From Phyllosticta citribraziliensis (lineage: Eukaryota): a DNA stretch of 64,000 nucleotides. The position numbers were made by a program, and so were the translations under genes. The stretch is from the NCBI RefSeq assembly GCF_038025025.1, contig NW_027117350.1, positions 1,054,001-1,118,000 on the forward strand. Direction: 5' to 3'. Under the pieces are notes generated by a model. It saw only the letters and a program-made list of their open reading frames with translations. It ran no database searches and was not told the origin of the DNA. This document shows positions 36,381 to 48,949 of the stretch, in pieces. Numbering within the stretch: the stretch's first letter is position 1; each line of letters begins with the position of its first letter.

Positions 36381-39300
36381 ATGGCTGACAACGACAGTTT
36401 CGGTATTCTGCAGGGCCTCCATCGCGACCTGGTCGCTCTGTCAGAGTTGCGCCTGGGAAACATTGACCGACTCTGGGCGGAGCTGGAATCGCGCATCGAC
36501 GAGTTCAAGAGGCTGTTGGACAAGCCCCGGCGAAACGACAGGAGCCGCGAAGCGCTGAGAGCTAGTCTGTCCATCTCAATGGCTTTGCGTCGCCGCCGCT
36601 AACTCTCCGCAGACACCCTCAAGATTGACGAGGACGAGTACGAGATCAATGACGAATTCAAACAAACGACGATACGGGTCGCGGACGCCCTGGACCTTGA
36701 CGAGATTGAGTCGGCCAAAATCTGCTTCGCCGCCCAGCAGGACATCATCGACCTCGACCGATCCCTGTTCGCCGCGTCCGTCATTCGATTCCATGAGCGC
36801 CGCCAATTCCTTCTCGAAAGCTGGCGTCTGTTGCTGAAGTCTGCTGCCGACCCTGACTGCGTCGACCAAATCCGCTATGGGGTCTACATGCGCCTTGTTC
36901 TCGGGGTTGAGGAAACCGGTCGGTTGCAAAATGGTCACGCGTACTGGCAAAAGTGCTTGGCGAGCATGGGCGAGATTGAGAGGTGGCTACAGAGCGTTGG
37001 AGAGAGCATACTCGCTGGAGCCGTTGTCGGAAAAGCAGCAACATCGGAAGAGATGGAGAATTTGGAATACCAACGGAAGAGTCTGACATGGCAACATCAG
37101 TCCTTGTCGGCGATATGCACTCTGCTTGCCAAGGCTGGCTTCATCAGCGTCGACAACTTCCGCGTCCTGCTGGATACCCTCAAGTCTTTGAACAAGCACG
37201 ACATCATTGTTGTCCACTACATCCCCATCGTTACTGCTGCAATCCACCAGCTATTCTCGGCAGAAGGCTCTGCCTCCATGGACGACGCAATCAGGGTGCA
37301 CGGCACAATAGTTGCAGGCAAGGACGCGCCTGGATGGGGTCTGCGAAACTTCCACGCTGCCGTCATGGTTTGGTGGCTGGCAGAGTACAGCGGTCGTTAT
37401 ATCGATCCTGGGCCGCTCCCTCCAAGGATCAATCTCGAGGCAGAGGCGGAGCAAAGATCTCAACTTTTCCTGGATGCTTTAAAGGACGGGGCCTTTCATT
37501 TCATGCTGGCCACCAGCCAAGATGTGAAGCCCAACAGGTGGTATGACCCAGCTAAAGCACGGCTCTTGTCCTTTCTCCTGCAGGAAGCGCCATCACTGCC
37601 GCCAGACTCGATACCAATCACGGACTACTTTCGATCACTCTACGCGGAGCAGATGCAGCTGTATGTCGATGCCTTCATCACCAACATGCCGGACCCTCTC
37701 CGCAAGCTCAAAGTGGAAGAAGACGACAAGCGACGGCAGATCCACTCCCGTTTCCAGCCCGGTCACATGGAGCAAGAATTGCACTTGGAACGCTTCCTTC
37801 TCATCGTTTCCTACGCCTTTGCCGAGAACCCGGACGCCGCACAAAACTTTTGGTCGGACACGGAAGGAAACTTGTATGGATTCCTGCAGTGGGCAGCCAA
37901 ACGCCAAACCACGCCCCGAACAGCAGCGTTTTGTGAGATGCTGAGGTCTCTATCTGAAGGCGAGGAATGCGCGACAGCTGCGCATAGATTTCTGCAAGAG
38001 GAAGGCGCTGTGGCATCAGGCAAGCTTCGGCGGACGAGCTCGTTGAGCTACCAGCACATCCTTAGCGAGTTGAGCTACTATGCGACGAGCCTCAAGGACA
38101 AGTCTGCTGCATTGACTGGGAGCGGCTACAAGCAAGCAGCATTGAACACTGATGACCACCTTGTGGAGCCAGAGACGGCAATGATGCTCGAGTGTCATAT
38201 GCGCTTGCTGGCGCATGTGTTCAAGGAGAGCTCGGAAGCCCGCAACTGGATACTCACCCAGGCAACCATCAACGTGGTTGACACTCTTCTCCAACTGTTC
38301 ACCACCATTTCAGTGGACAATCGTTTGTCGACGGAAAGTCGCCGCCTGAGAGCCTGCATTTTCAGTGTTCTGAGCTCCCTTCTCTCCGGCAAGACTCCGC
38401 AAGTCGGCGATGCTCTTTGGAGTAGTCTGGACCATTGGATTGTCTACGGCGCCATTCCCTCTGGCATAGCACCCAGGACACTGCAGCCGGAGACGCCGCA
38501 GCGAATCTTCTTTGAGACCGTCAACAGCGATTATGACGAAGCGACTGCATTTCTCAACCTCCTCACCGCACTGATTGCCCCTTACTCTGAGGAAGCTAGT
38601 CTCACTGGCACATTGCCATTCCCCGAGACGCTTGGCTCGACCTATCGAAGACCTGGTATCGACAAGTACGTTGACTTTGCCATGGAGCGAGTGTTTGGTG
38701 CCATGTGCAAGAGGATTGAGGACCCTTTGCAGCTGCACGTCCTTCGATGGCACTGCTTGAACTTCATTTCCATCTGCCTCTCAACCTTCAACGAAGACTT
38801 GGTAGAATTCGCCACAAAGTCCAACATTTCGGTGGACGACGCGATCAACTCTTCGACTCTGAGCGTCTATGTCCAGCTCCATCCCTTTGCCAGGGTCATG
38901 GAGTGGCTCTTCAACGACAGTGTCATTGACTGCCTCTTTGCTGCAGCCCATCAGGATGCAGCCAAGGTTAACGACGCAACTGCAGACTCGCCCCTCCTCA
39001 TGTCTGTCTTGAAAGCCGTTCAAGTCTTGGACCAGATCATGAAGCTCCAGAGCACCTATCTGAGCATTGTAAGGCGAGAAAAAACGCAAACTTCAAACCA
39101 AAGGCGCGTTGCCAATACGGCTTTGACGTCTTTTGACGACTCCATCTTGAATCACCTCAGCATCATCGTTGATCTTGGTCTTTATTGCGGCACGGGACAC
39201 CAAGATTTAACGATTCTCTCGCTTGATCTTCTCAGGGAGCTTTCTTCATCCCCAAAACTGGTCGTCTCCCCGACCGCAGGATTTGGGTCTCGCTCAGACC

Positions 39301-41735
39301 GAAGCAAGATGATTGGCATCATGGAAAAGGACGGAGACTCTTACCGCATCGCCAAAGCACTGATTGCTGAGATGGAGTTGGATATTCGAGAGTTCGAAGT
39401 TGGTCCAGTCGCGCCTGGATACGTCATCAAGAACGGCATTCTCGACTTTTTGAACGAATGTCTCAAGGCTCTTCCCAACCGTCCAACAGTCGCCCACCTC
39501 TTGCTGGGTTTCGATTGCGGCAGCAGCAATCTTGACGTTGCTGACGGCGGGCTTTTTACAAGTGGTAATGCATTGTTCCATGCAATTCTGCGCCTGTCTG
39601 TCGAATATCCCGAAATGATTGACGATTCATTTGTGCCATGGTCGAGCACGATCAAGCAAAAATGCATCGAGATTCTCATGAAGCTATGGCGGTCGCCTCT
39701 CTCATCCGGCTTCGTCATGGCTGAGCTCCGAGCCAGCGACTTCTTTACAAACCAAATGCTCGGCCAACACTTGGTCGACGGCAACACCTTGTTTGCCGGT
39801 ACGACCATTTCCGATCCTGATTTCATCTTTGGCGACTTTGCGGTAGCTCTGGAAAAGTTCTTCCAGCAAAGGACGGCGTTTTACGAATACACAGCGCGCG
39901 AATTGCGCCTCGTTGGCGACCTCCCCACGTCTAGGGCGCGGATGCAATCGACGCTGTTGGGTGTGACTGTCTTGTCCGACGGAACGCAGATCCAGAATCC
40001 GAACGTTTTCGATCTGTTTGACTTTATGGAGCTCGAAGTTGCCGATGACTTTGACTTCCCCCTCCAGCCAATGCTCGGAAACCTTGACCTCAAGCCATGC
40101 CAAAAAGACTCTGGCAACCCCAAGTCCATCAAGGGGACGTTATCATCGATAGTCGATCCCGAGTACGACATGAAGAGTGTGCAAGAACTCATCACTCTCC
40201 AGTCCACCCATTTGCGTCGTTCCGGAAGGTTACTTGGTCCAGCTGAGGAGCAACAGCTTTTGAACGAGGTGGAGACGCTACAATTGTATCTCACCGGCAT
40301 GAATCAGCGGCGCAGCATTGCACTCGCCAAAAGGAATGTCCTCAAGGCTTGGGTTCAGCTCATGGTTGTTTTGATCGAAAAGTGTGAATTTGACGAGACG
40401 TCCAAGTCGTCATTTATTCTCCAAGCACTGCAAGTCATTCTGCCAAAACTGGAGAAGGCTTACAAGGAGGATTTGCCTACGGCGATCGAGCTCGCGGATC
40501 TGGCAAGAGCGCTTTTGACGAATGTCGATTTCCAGTCTGCAGACCTGCAAGCAAAATCAAAGGCGGGAGACATGACCAAGGACAGGCTTTTGCAGCTCTT
40601 CCGTGTCGCTCTTGATGGCACCTACTGCTCGGTCACGAGTCCGGAGCTGCGGGAGATCTGTTACCAGATCTGCTACCGATACATTCGCGGCACGGCCACG
40701 GAGAAGACCAAGACTGCGACAAACGGCGCACTAGACCGTTCTTTCAGCGGCTCTCTCGCCATGTCCATGGCAACATCCAAGGCACTGACACCTACTGGAC
40801 CCAAGCTCGCTACGCTGAATGGTCACACTATGCGGGTCGTCAAGTCTGCTGGCAACAAGCTTATTGACGTCGTTTGTGACGATGCGTATGCCGGACAGGG
40901 CACCTGCAGAGTGTCTGCGCTCTTGTTCCTGGAGTCTCTGGTATCGCTGGCCACGCGCGAGGACTCGAGATATATCCTCGACTCGCTTGTCCGCCTCAAC
41001 TTTGTCGACGTGCTCGTCGACAGCATCAAGGTCATTCCCAATGAAATTCAAAGCGCCAAATCCGCAGGTAACGCAGTTGTCTCCCCTCGCCCTTGTGGAG
41101 CTAACAAACAAATATTAGACATCCCCCTTCTCCTCTCCTTCATCGACGCATGTCTTTCCGTCGTCCTCCGCATCTCACAGACCAGACTTGGCGCTGCCCA
41201 CATCTTCAACGCCGGCCTCTTCAACTCGGTCCGCGAGTCGAAGATTTTCAGCACGGATCCAGACTTTGGCTTTGGTACGGCCCATTTCTACAACAAGCAC
41301 CGGCAACAACAGCACACGGCTAACACAAGCAACCGCTCTACAGAAATCGACAACGCCAACGCCCTGGCCAAGTTCTTCGACCTCATGCTCTCGGTGCTCC
41401 GCGTCGTCAATAGCGTCGTCATCACGCGCGGCCCGCAGAACGAGGCCTGCCGCGAGACCGGGCGGCAGTTCATCATCGAGAACCGGCCGTCGATCGTCAG
41501 CATCTTCAAGCGGCAGGCTGGCGTTGGGGGGTACGGCGGCGTGGCCAAGGGCAAGGAGGCCGAGGCCATGCAAGCGCAGCTGGACGAGTTGGCCGAGAAC
41601 TTGTGCGTGTTGATTCACGTCACGGGCTTCGTTGAGGTGAGTTCTAATTGCTTGGGGAGTTGGTGGGGATTGGCTAACATGTGATAGTGGGAGGAAGAGC
41701 ACGATGAGAAGCCAAGGGCGCTCGCATTTTCTTGA
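36381..41735 (+). CDS. NUP192: Inner-ring nucleoporin Nup192/Nup205
   Basis: Large alpha-helical protein with LDLDEIESA..RFHERRQFLL, FITNMPD.LRKLK.EED and HPFARVMEWLFN. Introns ~36565-36612, 41068-41118, ~41275-41343 and 41637-41687. Confidence 0.88.
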
Positions 41736-42069
41736 GCCCGTTGGGCCGCCGTGGTGGCATAGCGTCTCCTTCTGATTTGACGGCGAGGACTAGGACTGCA
41801 GATAGATGCATTGGGGAGTTGGGTTCAAAAGGGTGTCGTTGTCTACTTCTGGACAAAAAGTTCAAAGTCTTGTGAATATTGCTTTTTTGGAAATTTGGTC
41901 TTCGCCTCTTGGCTGCCGTGATTCTTGCTTCATGCCGTCTTTTCCCTGTGCCCCTTAAATAAACGCCGCGAGCCATGACTGCCCGTTTATCCCGACTGTA
42001 CGCTTACACTCGCTCTTATCCACAGAACTTGCCGGACCTGATTGCCGTGCCATTCCCTCGCTGTTTGAA

Positions 42070-42785
42070 CTACGACCGCGATTCTGGCGGCTGTGTTTGC
42101 TGCGGCTGTTGGGCAGAGCTCGACGGCGACTGACCTCTCCGGAACCCGGTACCAAGGGTCTTCAAAACCTCGGCCTCCTTGCGCTCCTGCTTAATCTGCA
42201 TGTCCCCAAACTTGCTTGTCCTGGCAGCATTCAAGCCAGCATAGCTAACAGGGTCGGAGCTGACGGCGGAGAGGCCGGAGCCCCAGGGAGCGGAGCCGGG
42301 GACGTCGGCGATGTCGGCGAGGGTGGTGCCCAGCTTGACCATGGTGTAGCGGATGAGGCGGGGGTCGAGCGACATGGTGCGGCGCAGCTGGTGCTGGGCG
42401 TGCGACGAGGCGTCGAAGCGCAGGATGAAGTGGTGGCCCGACGAGTGCGTCATTTGGTGCTTGCGCGTCGGCCGCGGCAGCTGGAAGACGCCCCAGTTGG
42501 TCACGCCGCGCACGACGCCGCCTGCGTTGAGGATGATGGTGCCGGCGGATTTGGCGATTCTAGTGCGCGCAAGGTGCGGCTGCGGTCAGATGGTGTGTGG
42601 CTTGGGACGACGGGGGAGAGAGGGCGAGCTGAGATGGTGGGTGTGGAGGAGGATTTAGATCGGTGTGCATGCATACTCTTTTACTTCGTTGAGCTTGCCC
42701 GGCCGGACCTGTTCGCTGTTAGCTGAATGAATCGTGGGGTGAGCGGGGGATTTGGGCTTACAATGCCAATCATTTCGTACAGCAT
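42070..42785 (-). CDS. MRP17: Mitochondrial ribosomal protein bS6m
   Basis: MLYEMIGI/VRPGKLNEVKE/IAKSAGTIILNAGGVVRGVTNWG...GHHFILRFDAS..LDPRLIR; two introns near the 5' end. Confidence 0.9.
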
Positions 42786-43088
42786 GGCGGCGGTGGGTTT
42801 GCAGAAGCACGTCGACAGGCAAACACCGCAGTCGCGAACTTCTCGAGATGATGCGCCGGCGGTGGAGCACTTAACTTTGGAGTCGCTCCGCCGTCAGGGC
42901 CGCGTCGGCCCCGCTGCAACGTTTCTCCGCATGCATGGACTGCGCTGCGCCCTGAGGCTCCTTAGCTCGACGGGCGTGGAATGACATGTGCGCTTCTCGT
43001 CATCGAGCTTCTCCCCGCCGAGACCTTTATCAGTCCACGACCTAACCTTTTGCCCTTCCCTCGTCGACGCGCACCCGACAAACAAAAA

Positions 43089-43859
43089 ATGGCCTCCCGA
43101 TCCTCAATTGTGCGCGCCGCGCGCCAGCTCTCCTCGTGCAGCTTCGCGCATCCGCAGCGTCCCGTCGTTGCTTGCAGAGCTGCCACTTCCTGGAAGCTGA
43201 GCTCCTCCGCGAGGCCCTTCTCTGTATCAGCGGCCGGTACGTGGGCCCCCGACGCGCGCCCTCGTCCAACTCTTGCTAACAAAGAAACCTCCTCCAGTCC
43301 GCGCCAAAAAGTACACTGAGGACCACGAGTGGGTGGAGCTCGCAGCCGACGGCAAGACGTGTACGTCCGACCCTTCTTTGCTTCAATCACTGAGGTTCCC
43401 TTTGCCCGCCGCCGCGGCCGTCTTTTCGGCGACATGCCCAGTCCTGATTCACCGAGCAACCCACCCAATTGCTCTCGTGGGCCGGGCAGCCTGACCTCCA
43501 CACAAGAAACACAATTGACCAACACGCGTTTTCATATAGTCACGCTCGGAGTGTCCGCCTACGCCGCCAACGCGCTCGGAGACGTCGTCTACGTCGAGCT
43601 GCCACAGGAGGACCAGGCCTACGGCGCGCACGACACGATCGGGTCGGTCGAGTCGGTCAAGAGCGCGTCGGACATTCTGACGCCGCTGCCGGGCAAGGTC
43701 GTCGGCATCAACAAGCTGCTGGAGGAGAAGCCGGCCACGATAAACAAGAGCCCCGAGGGCGACGGCTGGATCGCCAAATTTGAGCTCGAGGGCGACAAGA
43801 GCCAGGTCGATGCGCTCATGAGCGAGGAGGCTTACAACAAGTTCACCACGGAGGAATGA
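43089..43859 (+). CDS. GCV3: Glycine cleavage system H protein, mitochondrial
   Basis: Arg/Ser-rich presequence, KYTEDHEWV, LGDVVYVELP and lipoyl-Lys motif VESVKSASD; introns ~43237-43297 and 43361-43539. Confidence 0.95.
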
Positions 43860-43934
43860 GAGAGCATAGCGTCCTCTTTGTTAAATCATCATGCTGCTTC
43901 CATTGGGTATTGACACGCTCTACTACCTGATTGC

Positions 43935-45011
43935 CTACACGTCCAGCGTCTTGCCCGTCCTGGAGCTCTCCTTTGCCAGCTCAATCAACCGAATTACGCT
44001 GGCGGCCTGTTCGGCCTTGACAGGGACGTCTCCCTTGCCGTCCAGTGCGTCGGCCAATATCCTGTAGTATTCGAGATAGGTCTTGGGCACGACTGCCACG
44101 GGCTCCTTTCCAATGTTGCCGTCCTTGACCAGTGTCAGGTTGTAATTGCTCGACGGTTCCCGTCCCAGCTCGGACGAAGTGTTGCTGAGCCCGGACAGGA
44201 GCTGCTCCTCCTGGGGGTCGAGATTGTACTTTTTGAACGAGCCCTTTTCGCCGCGCACCCAGAAGCGCAGCTGGTCCTGCTCGGCGCTGAGCACGCCGAC
44301 CTTGGCCGTGGCCAACAATCCGTCGGCGTAGTGCAGCAGCACCGTAAACGAGTCGCCAACGCCCGAATCGTAGCCCGTGGGCGCGCCGGCGCGCTGGTTC
44401 CAGATGAAGGCTGTCACCTTGGCCGGCAGCCCAAATAGATGCACAATCTGGTCCAGCAAGTGTGTTCCCAGGTCGTAAATGGCGCCGTTGCCTGGGCGCG
44501 GCTCTGCCTTCCAGCCGGCGCGCAGCGTCGGCGAGTAGCGATCAAAGTGGCTCTCGAACTCGACGACGCGGCCCAGCACACCGTCCTTGACCAACTGCGA
44601 CGCCGCTAGGTAGTCTGCGTCCCACCGGCGGTTCTGGTACACGGCCAGCAGCTTGCCGGTGGTCTTTGCGATGCGCACCAGCTCGTCGGCCTCGGCGGCC
44701 GTTGGCACAAACGGCTTCTCGACGACAACGTGCTTGCCAGCCTCGAGCGCGGCCTTGGTGAGTTCGAAGTGGCTGTCCGGGAGCGAGGTGACGACGACGA
44801 CGTGCACGGCCGGGTCGGCGAGCAGGGTAGCGGCGTCGCGGAAGAGCTGGATGCCCGGGTGGTCGTGCGAGGCGTCGTTGTCGGCCGTCGGGTTGCGCTG
44901 CAGCACGGCGTACAGGCGCAGCGACGGCGTCTGCGTTATGAAGGGGATGTGGAAGACCTTGGCCGAGAGGCCGTAGCCGATGACAGCGACGTTGTGCGGA
45001 GCGGATGCCAT
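43935..45011 (-). CDS. Gfo/Idh/MocA-family NAD(P)-dependent oxidoreductase
   Basis: VAVIGYGLSAKVFH, AGKHVVVEKP, YQNRRWDAD and YDLGTHLLDQ; intronless. Confidence 0.92.
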   Translation of the reverse strand: MASAPHNVAVIGYGLSAKVFHIPFITQTPSLRLYAVLQRNPTADNDASHDHPGIQLFRDAATLLADPAVHVVVVTSLPDSHFELTKAALEAGKHVVVEKPFVPTAAEADELVRIAKTTGKLLAVYQNRRWDADYLAASQLVKDGVLGRVVEFESHFDRYSPTLRAGWKAEPRPGNGAIYDLGTHLLDQIVHLFGLPAKVTAFIWNQRAGAPTGYDSGVGDSFTVLLHYADGLLATAKVGVLSAEQDQLRFWVRGEKGSFKKYNLDPQEEQLLSGLSNTSSELGREPSSNYNLTLVKDGNIGKEPVAVVPKTYLEYYRILADALDGKGDVPVKAEQAASVIRLIELAKESSRTGKTLDV

Positions 45012-46670
45012 GGTCAATGGTAGTGTGGTTGCGAATGGAGGTTCCCCGTGGTGGTGAGGTGAAGAGAGATGGTGATGGACGGCGGAGCGGAAACGCAATT
45101 GCAAGTCAACAACCTGGTCTTCTTACCTCATGGTGCTCACAACAACAGCTTTATATCCTCGCGCCGCGTCGTCCCACGGTGAGTCAAATTGGTCAATCAA
45201 GCCACATGTCCAATCCATCACGCACTCTGCTGGTCGGCGCCAGTGGCAGCGCGGAGCTCATTTCCCGCAGCTGGTAATCCGCCCGCAAGTCCCATCCGCC
45301 CCGCCTCGAGTCATTGATCGCGCAAAGCGCCAGAGCGCCAAATCGCCCTGCTGGACTGCCATCTGCGGGCGCTGGAAAACAGATTCCGCGCGAGATTGAT
45401 TGATGTCGCTCACACCAAAAGGCGACACAAGCAAGCCATGCAAGAAGATTTGTAACTGACGGAGCTAAGGCGGGGATGCTGTGGGTGCAGTGAGGGATGC
45501 CGTGCGGTGGTGGGGTTCCAGTTGGTGGAGGGGCATCGCTGACCGCGGTTCTGCCGCTGCGGAGGCAAGGGAGCGCCGCTGGGTGGCTTGCTAGGTTGCC
45601 ATGTGGATCTACGACCCCGTGGGCGGAATTTGATAGAAGTCTTTCTTCTGCGGAGACGGTATGGGGCCTGCGGTGTCTGTTTTGGGCCGTCGTATTCGGA
45701 TCCTGTCGCGTGCGTGCATTGTGCGGTGGATGATGGCGATTGGAGTGAGTGGACGGGAGGCAGCTAACCGCCAGGAAGACGCGCTGAGTATCTATCTGTA
45801 CTCCACGACCTGGACCAGCGTACGGATACTCAGCAGCATTCAAGGGCATCCGCCTACCGAATGATGAGACCCCAGGCTTGGTCATGGGAGCATCCAAACT
45901 CATCGCTTCAAAACAACGTCGTCTGTGTCATCTCTCAGCACAGCCTCACGCCTGAAGACCATCACCTGTCTGGACCTTCCAAGCCCCAAGCATCCATCAA
46001 CGGATGCCTCTCCATCATCAGCATCATCGTCCCGAGGGCGCGCCGAGCGTCTCGTCTGCTCGCTTGGACCTGTCCTCGCTTGGACCTAACTCTCACCAGA
46101 GCAAGTCGTTGAGGCTCTGCGGTTGACTAATGCCATGCCGTCATCCGGTGAGGCCAGAACCATCGCCTGTCCTCTGCTTATGCTGCTTTCGCTTTGGAGG
46201 CCAGTGAGTCGACGATGAAGTGGACGACAGATGGAATAATCAGTTGGGCTCGAGGTGAGTGAGCTGGCTGGCCGGGGTGCTCCTGGTAGGTCCGATTCGC
46301 CTCTCCACTTTGAGCTCTTCCGCAAGACACTCGGCTGCATCGTCAAGTCCTCCCTGTTCTCTCTCTTCGTCTTCTCCTTTGGCTCTCTTGTCGCGGTGTT
46401 TGTCTTTGGGGGTTTCTTCTCGTCCCTGCTTTGACCGTTGTATTGTCCAAGGTAAGGTCTCTTTCTCGTGTGTCTTTTTTTCTCTTGTCTGCCACGTTTC
46501 GGCTGTCTCCTCTTCGAGTCTTTTTGAAAAACTTTATCAAGTCAAAGACTCAAAATGCTACAATTCAATCGTTCGTCGACACTTACATCTCATCATTCTT
46601 CCAACATGTCTCCTAACCGCCATCTGTCTTCCACAGAAGTCATCAATTTCTCTTGTCCTTCCTCATCTCA

Positions 46671-47753
46671 ATGACCCAAACTGCCCCTACAATGGTCGGG
46701 GCCCCGTCTTTCAGCAACCTCGAATACTGGGAATCCCGCTTCCAAAAAGATCCCAGCGCATTCGAGTGGCTGCTCTCCCCTAATCGTCTCGATAAGCACG
46801 TGCTCGAGGCCCTGGATGCTGCCGCCTCTTCTTCTTCCCCCAACCCCTTGTCGCCGCAGCAGCCGTCCATCCACCATATTGGCTGCGGGACGTCTGCCAT
46901 GTCGTTCCAGCTGCGCCGGCTCGTTGATGATCCGGCGCAGGTTCTCAACACGGATTACTCACCTGCGGCGGTAGAGATTGGGAGGAGTCGGGAGAAGGAG
47001 ATATTTGGTGACGGTGGAGCAGAAGTAGTGGAACAAGCGACGAGGCGCCGCCGTGGCTCGGCGTCTATGGAGTCGTCGTCTTCTGAGCTCGAGGAAGAAG
47101 ATGAAACGCAGACACGCGGAGACAGGCAGAGGCGACCGTCCGACGCCGCAGCACGGCGAGCCGGGAGGGAGAGCAAGACTATGCGCTGGCGCACCATCGA
47201 CCTGCTCTCCCTCGCCGACACGGCGCAGCTCGCCCGTGATCCTCCCTACCCGCCGTTCGCCGTCATCGTCGACAAGTCGACCAGCGACTGCATCTCCTGC
47301 GTCGACGACGTCGCCGTCACGCTGCCGTACGCGCTCCAGCCCGTCGAATCTTCCACCCCCGGCACCACAGCAGCAAATCCACCAACGACAATGGCCCAAA
47401 TCCACCCCCTGCACCTCCTCGCCGTGCACCTGGCGTACCACACGCGGCCAGGGGGCCGCTGGCTCGCCGTCAGTTACTCGGGCGCGAGGTTCCCGTTCCT
47501 GCCGCCGTACCCGGACAGGGCGGATGAGGGGATGCTGTCTGATGAGACGGTGGAGAGGGGGTTTGTGCATCCGGGCCGGCTGTGGCGGTTGCAGAGCCAC
47601 GAGATGATTGATTCAGGGGGAGACGAGGGGAAGGGGGAAGAAGGGGGAAAGGAGGGAGGGGGAGCGACGGTGGTGGTGCATCGGCCGCGCATCATGCACC
47701 ACTTGTATGTGCTCGAGCGGACGGACTTGAGGCTGGAGATGGTGGGGAGGTGA
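46671..47753 (+). CDS. Class I SAM-dependent methyltransferase-like protein (EEF1AKMT4/METTL13-type)
   Basis: PSFSNLEYWESRF..FEWL, HIGCGTS, DYS, IVDKSTSD and PGGRWLAVSYS; contains an acidic/Ser insertion. Confidence 0.75.
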   Translation: MTQTAPTMVGAPSFSNLEYWESRFQKDPSAFEWLLSPNRLDKHVLEALDAAASSSSPNPLSPQQPSIHHIGCGTSAMSFQLRRLVDDPAQVLNTDYSPAAVEIGRSREKEIFGDGGAEVVEQATRRRRGSASMESSSSELEEEDETQTRGDRQRRPSDAAARRAGRESKTMRWRTIDLLSLADTAQLARDPPYPPFAVIVDKSTSDCISCVDDVAVTLPYALQPVESSTPGTTAANPPTTMAQIHPLHLLAVHLAYHTRPGGRWLAVSYSGARFPFLPPYPDRADEGMLSDETVERGFVHPGRLWRLQSHEMIDSGGDEGKGEEGGKEGGGATVVVHRPRIMHHLYVLERTDLRLEMVGR

Positions 47754-48047
47754 GAGGAGAGGAGGAGCGGGAATATGGGGTTCAGGTGTCATGGCGAAGT
47801 CAACGGTGCTTGACGATGTGGGTATTTGTATCTAAGGCACGTCTTCGCATCATCGTCGCTCCAACACCAGACACCAAACAACAACCCTACCACCCCCTCT
47901 GCAGACTTGCTTAGCCACCTACACTGCCCTTCCGTTGCTCAACGAAGAGCGTGCCGACGGTCATCTTCGGTGCTCGCAAACCTTGACTCTTGCGCCTCAC
48001 TGCCGTGGAGCGCTACCTGCTGGTGAAGAGGCATTCTCGTCGTACAC

Positions 48048-48270
48048 TGAAGCCTGACACGCTTCTCAACAAGGTACTTGTTAGCTGGCACACCTCAAAA
48101 CTCACTCAGGCCTGGAAATTCTGCCAGCGGCCTTCACCTGCCGGCCAAGCAACAACAATCCTCCACATCTGAGCCCAAGACGCTGGCCACAAGGGAACTC
48201 GTTAGCCGGCACACCTCGACCTCAACTGCGGCCTGGGCATTGTTTCGACGACCTGCACTTGCTGGCGAAG
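48048..48270 (+). repeat. Degenerate ~121-bp tandem duplication
   Basis: GTTAGCTGGCACACCTC (48080) and GTTAGCCGGCACACCTC (48201), with continued similarity on both sides. Confidence 0.6.
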
Positions 48271-48949
48271 AATACTCGGAAAAATGAAGAAGAGGCTAGC
48301 GATCAAGACATGGCAGGATGATTGTGGGCCAGCGACGGTGAGCTGGGCAGACAACATGGACGGCGTGGACGGATGGATAGGCCAATGGTATCAAAACAGT
48401 GACTAGTTAGCTCCACGGCAGACAGCAGGCCAGATGGACACAATGGACACGAGCAAATGCCGAGGCGGTATGTATACCGAAGTAAAATTCCTGTCCAAAA
48501 GAACATGTATCCGACCAACAAACAAAGAAACGAGCAACGAGCGAGCGATGTGTATTCCCTACACAAACAAAGAAAACCCCCGTAGAAAAGAGAAAAACGG
48601 CATTGGAAAGTGTTCCGAACGGGCAGTCTGGGCGACAATCGCCTGCCGGCCCCAAGTGATACAGAGAAAGGGAGAAAGAAAACAGAAACGCCGCGGGAAA
48701 ATGCTTCAAGGTAGCGGCGGCAGGACGGGATGCCTACAAAACAAAAAAACGCCTTCGCTATGCCAGTCTGGATATCAATGGATGAATGGATGCCTGCCGG
48801 TCCCAAAGCACATGTTTTTTTCCCTCCCAGCCGACGCCGACGGACCGCGGCGGCTGCCGAGCAAGCAAAGCGAGTGAGAAAGCGGACCAAAAGGCTGACC
48901 GAGTCAATCAAGAAGAATTGCAGCTTGCCCCAACACACGCGATTGCGAC

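Noticed and set aside
43935..45011. Intronless bacterial-like oxidoreductase as horizontal transfer
   Set aside because: The family is widespread in fungi, composition matches neighbouring genes and there is no mobile context; a phylogeny would be required.
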